Translations under genes and position numbers: made by a program
Assembly (NCBI GenBank): GCA_044359815.1
Contig: JBIKLL010000025.1
Span: 1 to 32,426 of the forward strand
Length of the DNA stretch: 32,426 nt
Origin: Pseudobdellovibrionaceae bacterium
GTDB lineage: Bacteria; Bdellovibrionota; Bdellovibrionia; Bdellovibrionales; Bdellovibrionaceae
Direction of reading: 5' to 3'
Shown: positions 27,590 through 32,426 of the stretch, in pieces
Layout of the letters: the number at the start of each line of letters is the position of its first letter
Position numbering within the stretch: position 1 is the stretch's first letter
The notes under the pieces: generated by a model
Told to the model about the DNA's origin: nothing
What the model saw: the letters and a program-made list of their open reading frames with translations, nothing else
Database searches by the model: none

Positions 27590-28141
27590 CTATTTATCTT
27601 TCATTAAATTCTTTAATTGTTTGTGGCCAACTGAAACAATCAATCGCAGAGCTTCAGACTCTGAAGATAAATTCATCATTTCTTTGACCTCTCGAATCAA
27701 ATTTTGAGTAGTGGAATCCAGGCTGTCAGTGGCTTTCTTAGAGCTATAACTGGGGGGCTCGGTAAATGATGTGTCTTTTTGGATGGCTTCTTCCTTGGGC
27801 GCAGCTTGGCGGTTGTTATTGGGCTGTGCCGTTTGCGATGCCACATTAGGATTTTTTGGATTTGTGTTTTGTAAAGGTGGGGCTTGATAATTTGCTGTGG
27901 GATTTGAATCCAAATCACCCATCAATCCAGCCAGATTTTTCAGTTCGGCCTTAAAATTTTTAATACTGGGTCTTTCCAGAAAATCATTTCCCTGCGATTT
28001 ATATTTCAAATACAGGCTTACTAAAATATCAGGAGTGGAGGCGATTTCTTTAATGCTGTCGTTCTGATTCTGCAGCCACGCATAAGCCTGCACCAATGTG
28101 TCTCTGGTATAGGCTTGAGGTGGAATGGGATTCATGGCCAT
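27590..28141 (-). CDS. hypothetical protein: helical N-domain, Q/N/P-rich linker, small C-domain (ribbon-helix-helix-like)
   Basis: Intact 183-aa ORF filling the gap between the regulator and ileS in the same orientation. Confidence 0.75.
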   Translation of the reverse strand: MAMNPIPPQAYTRDTLVQAYAWLQNQNDSIKEIASTPDILVSLYLKYKSQGNDFLERPSIKNFKAELKNLAGLMGDLDSNPTANYQAPPLQNTNPKNPNVASQTAQPNNNRQAAPKEEAIQKDTSFTEPPSYSSKKATDSLDSTTQNLIREVKEMMNLSSESEALRLIVSVGHKQLKNLMKDK

Positions 28142-28162
28142 GCAGCAAAATTTCCTTAAAAG

Positions 28163-29644
28163 TTAGATTGCAAAGTCTCTTGCATTGATTCCGTATTTTT
28201 CGATTTTGCGGAGCAAAGTCTTTTTAGGAATATTTGCATGAAGTGCTGTCTGGTTGATTCTGCCTTTAAAAGTTTTAAGGGCCTTAATGATGAATTCTTT
28301 TTCAAAGGCTTCTTTTTGAGCGTTAAAATCAAGACCCTCAGTGGCGCCTACTGTCGAAGTCTCTAAGGGTTCATCATCAGTCAGATCATCGGTGCCAAAG
28401 GATTCTAAATCCTCTTCTGTTTCAGCGGTTACCCGTAATGCGATCTCGTCATGAGCATCAGGGATTGAGCATCCAATTGTTTTCAAAACAGATTCTGGCA
28501 GGGATGCCAGTGATAGCAGATTTGAAGTTTCCATAACAAACATATGTTCAATGACATTTTCAAGCTCACGGATATTTCCGGGCCAGTCGTATTTTTTCAG
28601 TGCATTAAGAGTGTCGCCCGCAACGCCCACGATTCTTTTACTGTGAGTGGTGTTGAATTTGCGGATAAACATAGTGATTAAATTTTCTAAATCATCTTTG
28701 CGATCAACAAGGGATGGTAAATACACAGGGATAACATTTAATCGATAAAACAAATCATCACGAAATTCACCGGTCTTGATCATTTGTTCCAGTGGCCTGT
28801 TGGTGGCGGCGACTATCCTGACATTGGTAGGGATTTCGCGGTTAGAACCAACCGGCATAAAGACCTTTTCTTGTAATACCCTAAGTAATTTTACCTGCAT
28901 CATTAAAGGCAAATCACCGACCTCATCCAAAAATAAGGTGCCGCCTTCAGCATACTGAAATTTTCCGATCTTGCGCTGATCTGCTCCAGTGAAAGAGCCC
29001 TTTTCATGTCCAAACAATTCAGACTCAAACAAATTTTCAGGAATGGCTGAACAATTGATGGCAACAAATTTTTCGTCTTTGCGGGCCGAATTGAAATGGA
29101 TGGCTCTGGCAACAAGCTCTTTACCCGTACCGGAAGCTCCACGAATCAAAACAGGAGTGTCAACTTTGGAAACTCTGTGAATGACTCCAAAAACCTTCTG
29201 CATTTGCTGATTTGAACCAATAAATTTTTTGCCGTTTTCAACCAAAACAGGGGCGCTGGCGGCAACATTTGAAATCAGATTGACGGCCAACAAAGCTTTG
29301 TCGATCAGCTTAATTAACTCATCAATTTGCACTGGTTTTGAAAGGTAATTGTAGGCACCGTCTTTTACAGCTTGAACAGCGTTGTCGATGGTCGCAAACG
29401 CAGTCAGCATGATCACGATGATTCCTGGATTAAATTCCTTGATCGCTTTTAAGGCTTCATGTCCATTCAGTCTGGGCATGTCGACGTCCAAAACGACGAC
29501 ATCAAAATTTCCTGAGTTTATTTTTTCTACGGCGTGCAGTCCATCAAAGGCATCTTCAACTTCAAAGCGGTTAGTGCTCAGCAAGCTTGATTTCATTGAC
29601 TGTCTGAGTCCTTGATCGTCATCAACTACTAAGATTTTAATCAT
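28163..29644 (-). CDS. sigma54-dependent response regulator (NtrC family: REC-AAA+-Fis HTH)
   Basis: ILVVDDD and VLDVDMP receiver motifs; GASGTGKE; ESELFGHEKGSFTGA; FLDEV; FRDDLFYRLNV; WPGNIRELEN; C-terminal HTH. Confidence 0.96.
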   Translation of the reverse strand: MIKILVVDDDQGLRQSMKSSLLSTNRFEVEDAFDGLHAVEKINSGNFDVVVLDVDMPRLNGHEALKAIKEFNPGIIVIMLTAFATIDNAVQAVKDGAYNYLSKPVQIDELIKLIDKALLAVNLISNVAASAPVLVENGKKFIGSNQQMQKVFGVIHRVSKVDTPVLIRGASGTGKELVARAIHFNSARKDEKFVAINCSAIPENLFESELFGHEKGSFTGADQRKIGKFQYAEGGTLFLDEVGDLPLMMQVKLLRVLQEKVFMPVGSNREIPTNVRIVAATNRPLEQMIKTGEFRDDLFYRLNVIPVYLPSLVDRKDDLENLITMFIRKFNTTHSKRIVGVAGDTLNALKKYDWPGNIRELENVIEHMFVMETSNLLSLASLPESVLKTIGCSIPDAHDEIALRVTAETEEDLESFGTDDLTDDEPLETSTVGATEGLDFNAQKEAFEKEFIIKALKTFKGRINQTALHANIPKKTLLRKIEKYGINARDFAI

Positions 29645-29757
29645 ATCTGAAAATCCCTCCCAACCAGGTTTTCAGTAGTACCACAGGGATTTTAGCAGGC
29701 TCAAGCAAGTTCAGATAAAATGCAAAGTGTTCGCTAGTTTACGGCAGTAAAGCAGAG

Positions 29758-29766
29758 ATTATAGCA
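29758..29766 (-). promoter_or_regulatory. candidate extended -10 promoter between the kinase and the response regulator
   Basis: Minus strand TG-C-TATAAT (perfect consensus) just after the kinase stop; a second TG-C-TAAAAT at 29689-29697. Confidence 0.5.
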
Positions 29767-29773
29767 TAAGTAA

Positions 29774-31663
29774 TTAAATGAATGGTTGTTTCTGGATTGG
29801 CAGCACAATTGAAAACGTCGAACCCGCTCCCAATGAGCTTTCCACAGAGATTTCCCCACCGTGCAGCTCAACAAAGTATTTGGCCAGATAAAGCCCTAGG
29901 CCGCTGCCTTTAATGGTTGAGGATTTGGCGTTTTTGGATCGAAAAAATTTCATAAAAACATTGGAAATTTCATCACTTGGGATGCCTATGCCCTGATCTG
30001 CAACCTGGATCATCACCCCGTTGGTTGATTCCTCGGTAGAAATCAGAATCTTGGATCCTTCGGGACTGTATTTAATGGCGTTTTCGATCAGGTTGGCCAG
30101 CACCTGTCTGATCAGCTCGGGATCCAACGAAATCGAAAATAAGGGTTCCAATTCCAATACAAAATTGATCCCTTTGGATTTTGCCATAAAGTCGAATTTT
30201 TTAATGGTCTCGCGAACTAACTGATTGATATCCCTGCTTTCGACATGCAGTTCGATCCCCTGGCTTTCGATTTTTGTATAGTTCAAGATTGTGTTAATAA
30301 ATTTAACTAAATCTTCAGATGAAGATTTAATTGTATCCACGGCTTCAGCTTGCGCGGTCGACAGGGCGTTGTGATCTCGTTTAATAAGATCGGTCATTCC
30401 CTGAATCCGAGCCAGAGGGGTTTTTAAATCGTGAGACATCATACCAACAAAATTAGTCTTCAGTGTTTCAACCTCGGATAATAGTTTGTGTTTTTGGTAG
30501 TATTCCCAAGATCTGCGGTTTTCGACAATCAAGCGGTAAGGAATAAAAAAATAGTAGCACAGAAAAACTGCCAGCAAGGGGTGTGATAACTCAATGATAA
30601 TCCCAAATGGATAAAATCCCAAATAAGCAACCAAGCACAGCACTAAACAAGACAGGACTACTAAAATGATTCCTTTCAGCGGTTTAGCAATCAAAACGAT
30701 CTGCACAGTGAATATTGAAATTAAAATAGTGATCAATAAATCCAACCAGTAATTGGTTCTGGTGGGAGACGAGTTTCGTATTAAAGTTTCGATCATGTTT
30801 GCATGAAGCTCTATCATTGGGAGAGCTTCGGGGGATGGGTCCAGTGGGGTGGCTACGTAAAAATCAAATGACTGTCTGAAGTCATCACCAATTAAGACAA
30901 TTTTGTCTTTGAGCTCGTTAGGATCAAAATCCCCTGCGACGACGTTTTCAAAAGGTAGTGTTTTGAAAAATCCTTTTTTGTTGTAGTCGATTAATATTTG
31001 CAGGGATTCAAGGGTTTCAAAAACCCCTTTGATGTTTTTGATGTCTGAAACCGCAGGATTGTAATGGGATGCCAGCTCTTGGTGCAAAAATGTTTGATCC
31101 TGATAGGAAATTAAAATCCGTCTGGAGACTTTATCTTTTGCAAAAGTGTTTTTATCTTTGGTGTGCGGAGCCGAGGCCACCGGTAAAAAATCAAGAGGGG
31201 GCTTTAGGTTCAGGGAACCGTGTTGGCCCTTGATCGCAGTTTCGTCAACAGCCACCACCAGATTTTTGGTGTCTTTTGCGGATTGGATAAACGTATTTGT
31301 GTCTGAAATAGATCCACCAAGAGATTTTAGATCAGAAAAATAGACAAGCTTATAGGCTTGGGTTGTTTTTAGTTTTTCTAACAGTTTTGCGTGGTCAGCA
31401 AAGCTGGGCAGCCTGCCCAATTTAAAAACGGATTCCCGATCAGCAACTATTAAAACAATTTTCTGTGATGAGCTTTGAGTCGGCTTCAGTTGGACTCTGA
31501 CGTCATAAAAAAAACCGTCTAGCTGGTTGGTTGGAATTTTAGTTATTAAAAATGCTACGATGGACGCAAAAAAAGCTCTCTGTAAAAAAACAAATGGGGT
31601 ATTTGCTACCCCATCGAAATTTTTGCCTAATGAAAAATTTAAAAACTTTCTAAAATCAAACAT
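29774..31663 (-). CDS. CHASE2-domain membrane sensor histidine kinase
   Basis: YDVRVQL...KIVLIVAD, DKVSRR, LKDKIVLIG and IELHANMIETL followed by three TM helices (CHASE2 architecture); H-box SHDLKTPL; N-box NLIENAIKYS; DQGIG; GSGLGL. Confidence 0.9.
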   Translation of the reverse strand: MFDFRKFLNFSLGKNFDGVANTPFVFLQRAFFASIVAFLITKIPTNQLDGFFYDVRVQLKPTQSSSQKIVLIVADRESVFKLGRLPSFADHAKLLEKLKTTQAYKLVYFSDLKSLGGSISDTNTFIQSAKDTKNLVVAVDETAIKGQHGSLNLKPPLDFLPVASAPHTKDKNTFAKDKVSRRILISYQDQTFLHQELASHYNPAVSDIKNIKGVFETLESLQILIDYNKKGFFKTLPFENVVAGDFDPNELKDKIVLIGDDFRQSFDFYVATPLDPSPEALPMIELHANMIETLIRNSSPTRTNYWLDLLITILISIFTVQIVLIAKPLKGIILVVLSCLVLCLVAYLGFYPFGIIIELSHPLLAVFLCYYFFIPYRLIVENRRSWEYYQKHKLLSEVETLKTNFVGMMSHDLKTPLARIQGMTDLIKRDHNALSTAQAEAVDTIKSSSEDLVKFINTILNYTKIESQGIELHVESRDINQLVRETIKKFDFMAKSKGINFVLELEPLFSISLDPELIRQVLANLIENAIKYSPEGSKILISTEESTNGVMIQVADQGIGIPSDEISNVFMKFFRSKNAKSSTIKGSGLGLYLAKYFVELHGGEISVESSLGAGSTFSIVLPIQKQPFI

Positions 31664-31669
31664 CCAAAA

Positions 31670-31825
31670 TTAGCGTGATGATTGATCTGTAGGTAGGCAT
31701 TTCAATGATCTGCCTGCCACAGTGACTTTAGTTCCTTGAGAAAGTTTTCTAACGTGAATTTTTGTTGAAGCAGTCACAGCTTTTGAAGCGTCAGTTTTTT
31801 TAACTGGATTCGTATTCTGGTTCAT
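31670..31825 (-). CDS. 51-aa peptide MNQNTNPVKKTDASKAVTASTKIHVRKLSQGTKVTVAGRSLKCLPTDQSSR; candidate RiPP precursor
   Basis: Translated by hand and absent from the ORF track. Strong SD AAGGAGA 5 nt before the ATG; begins 13 nt after the SPASM gene stop and ends 6 nt before the kinase ATG, filling the whole gap. Confidence 0.8.
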   Translation of the reverse strand: MNQNTNPVKKTDASKAVTASTKIHVRKLSQGTKVTVAGRSLKCLPTDQSSR

Positions 31826-31838
31826 AGGGTTCTCCTTT

Positions 31839-32426
31839 TCAGGCTTCGCCTTGTGGCGATCTGCATTTAAGATAATATAAGATTGATGATAAAAGCAAGG
31901 ACCGAGTTCTGTCGCAAAAAGATTTTACGGGTTTATTTTTGTCACCGTTCACTCTTTTGTGAATGTACGAACAACCGCCAGCACAAAGGTTTTTAGCCCA
32001 GCAGCTCTGACAATCAGTTTGTTTGCTAATCGGGTCTAAGTACTTGGAAACTGCATCAGAATTCAAAACCGATTCGTGACCGATTTTTTCAGATTTATCA
32101 TTCACGTCCCAAGGGCAAGCAAAAACTTGATTTTGAGAATCGATCATAAAAAACGAATTTCCGGCGCCACAGTAGTGTTTGACCAAAGCCTGTGTGTCGA
32201 GATTGTGAAACAGTTTATTGATCATTTGAATTTTTAAAAGCTCTGATTCCTGTCCAATCTGATAAGCATGCTCTAAGATTTTGTTAAACCCAGCTACAAA
32301 TTCATTGCTGGCATTGAGATCCTCAAAATTCAAATTGTTCATTGTTGAAGAATCATTCTGTCCAGATTGGTCAACAGTCGTTGCTTGACGTTCAGCTTTA
32401 GAGTCGTGATCACCTTTATAGTCGTG
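31839..32426 (-). CDS. radical SAM/SPASM-domain protein, C-terminal part (start lies beyond the window)
   Basis: Seven-Cys SPASM pattern CGAG-..-ACP...CQSC-x5-C-x3-C-x18-C. The frame stays open from 32342 to the window edge. The CxxxCxxC radical SAM motif itself is not visible. Confidence 0.85.
   Translation of the reverse strand, partial: HDYKGDHDSKAERQATTVDQSGQNDSSTMNNLNFEDLNASNEFVAGFNKILEHAYQIGQESELLKIQMINKLFHNLDTQALVKHYCGAGNSFFMIDSQNQVFACPWDVNDKSEKIGHESVLNSDAVSKYLDPISKQTDCQSCWAKNLCAGGCSYIHKRVNGDKNKPVKSFCDRTRSLLLSSILYYLKCRSPQGEA
32391..32426 (-). repeat. 18-bp tandem repeat inside the SPASM-protein gene (at least 2 copies)
   Basis: CACGACTATAAAGGTGAT / CACGACTCTAAAGCTGAA, 15/18 identical (HDYKGD / HDSKAE); runs to the window edge. 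Confidence 0.55.

Noticed and set aside
28163..29644. GSFTGA instead of GAFTGA as a sign of a sigma54-independent activator
   Set aside because: GSFTGA is a common variant that keeps the key Phe and Thr, so it is not evidence of altered function.
766..31343. Many short antisense or off-frame ORFs in the track (e.g. 766-1167, 3746-4090, 21283-21702, 26551-26994)
   Set aside because: They lie within or almost within well-supported genes and show no recognisable motifs; treated as shadow ORFs.
31839..32342. Stand-alone 167-aa SPASM protein as given in the ORF track
   Set aside because: The frame is open to the window edge and the ATG at 32342 lacks an SD, so it is most likely the C-terminus of a longer radical SAM protein.
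32400..32426. HDYKGDHD resembles a 3xFLAG tag (DYKDHD)
   Set aside because: Only a partial match, explained by the native 18-bp tandem repeat; no vector or linker sequence nearby.
1..32426. Sigma54 -24/-12 promoters that could be targets of the activator
   Set aside because: I found no convincing TGGCAC-N5-TTGC in the intergenic regions I inspected by eye; a PWM scan including sequence upstream of the rSAM gene would be needed.

Overview
Bacterial chromosomal window of about 40% GC (estimated by eye). Gene content and protein style suggest Bdellovibrionota, which is an inference. Bases 1-12368 (+) carry the tail of a TPR-like gene interrupted by an in-frame TAA, then a flagellar basal body/export/hook operon (flgB flgC fliE fliF fliG fliH fliI fliJ, MotE/YlxF-like gene, fliK, flgD, TIGR02530-type 'flagellar operon protein', flgE). 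A mixed accessory stretch follows: a small membrane protein, an OmpA-domain outer-membrane protein, a GT2 glycosyltransferase, ogt, a 186-bp foldback element with 66-bp arms and an acyltransferase. The rest is on the minus strand: livK/J-livH-livM-livG-livF, pfkA, HU, yacG, a lipoprotein, ileS-lspA-lgt and a hypothetical protein. At the right edge is a tightly packed minus-strand unit: radical SAM/SPASM enzyme (truncated by the window edge) -> a 51-aa single-Cys peptide missing from the ORF track -> CHASE2-type histidine kinase -> sigma54 (NtrC-family) response regulator. This unit is the best candidate for an undescribed system, possibly RiPP-based peptide signalling. Other notable items are a three-hairpin leader with a CsrA-like site over the flgE RBS, located behind an RNase-fold-like gene, and the long inverted repeat. 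No rRNA, tRNA, CRISPR array or transposase was recognised.
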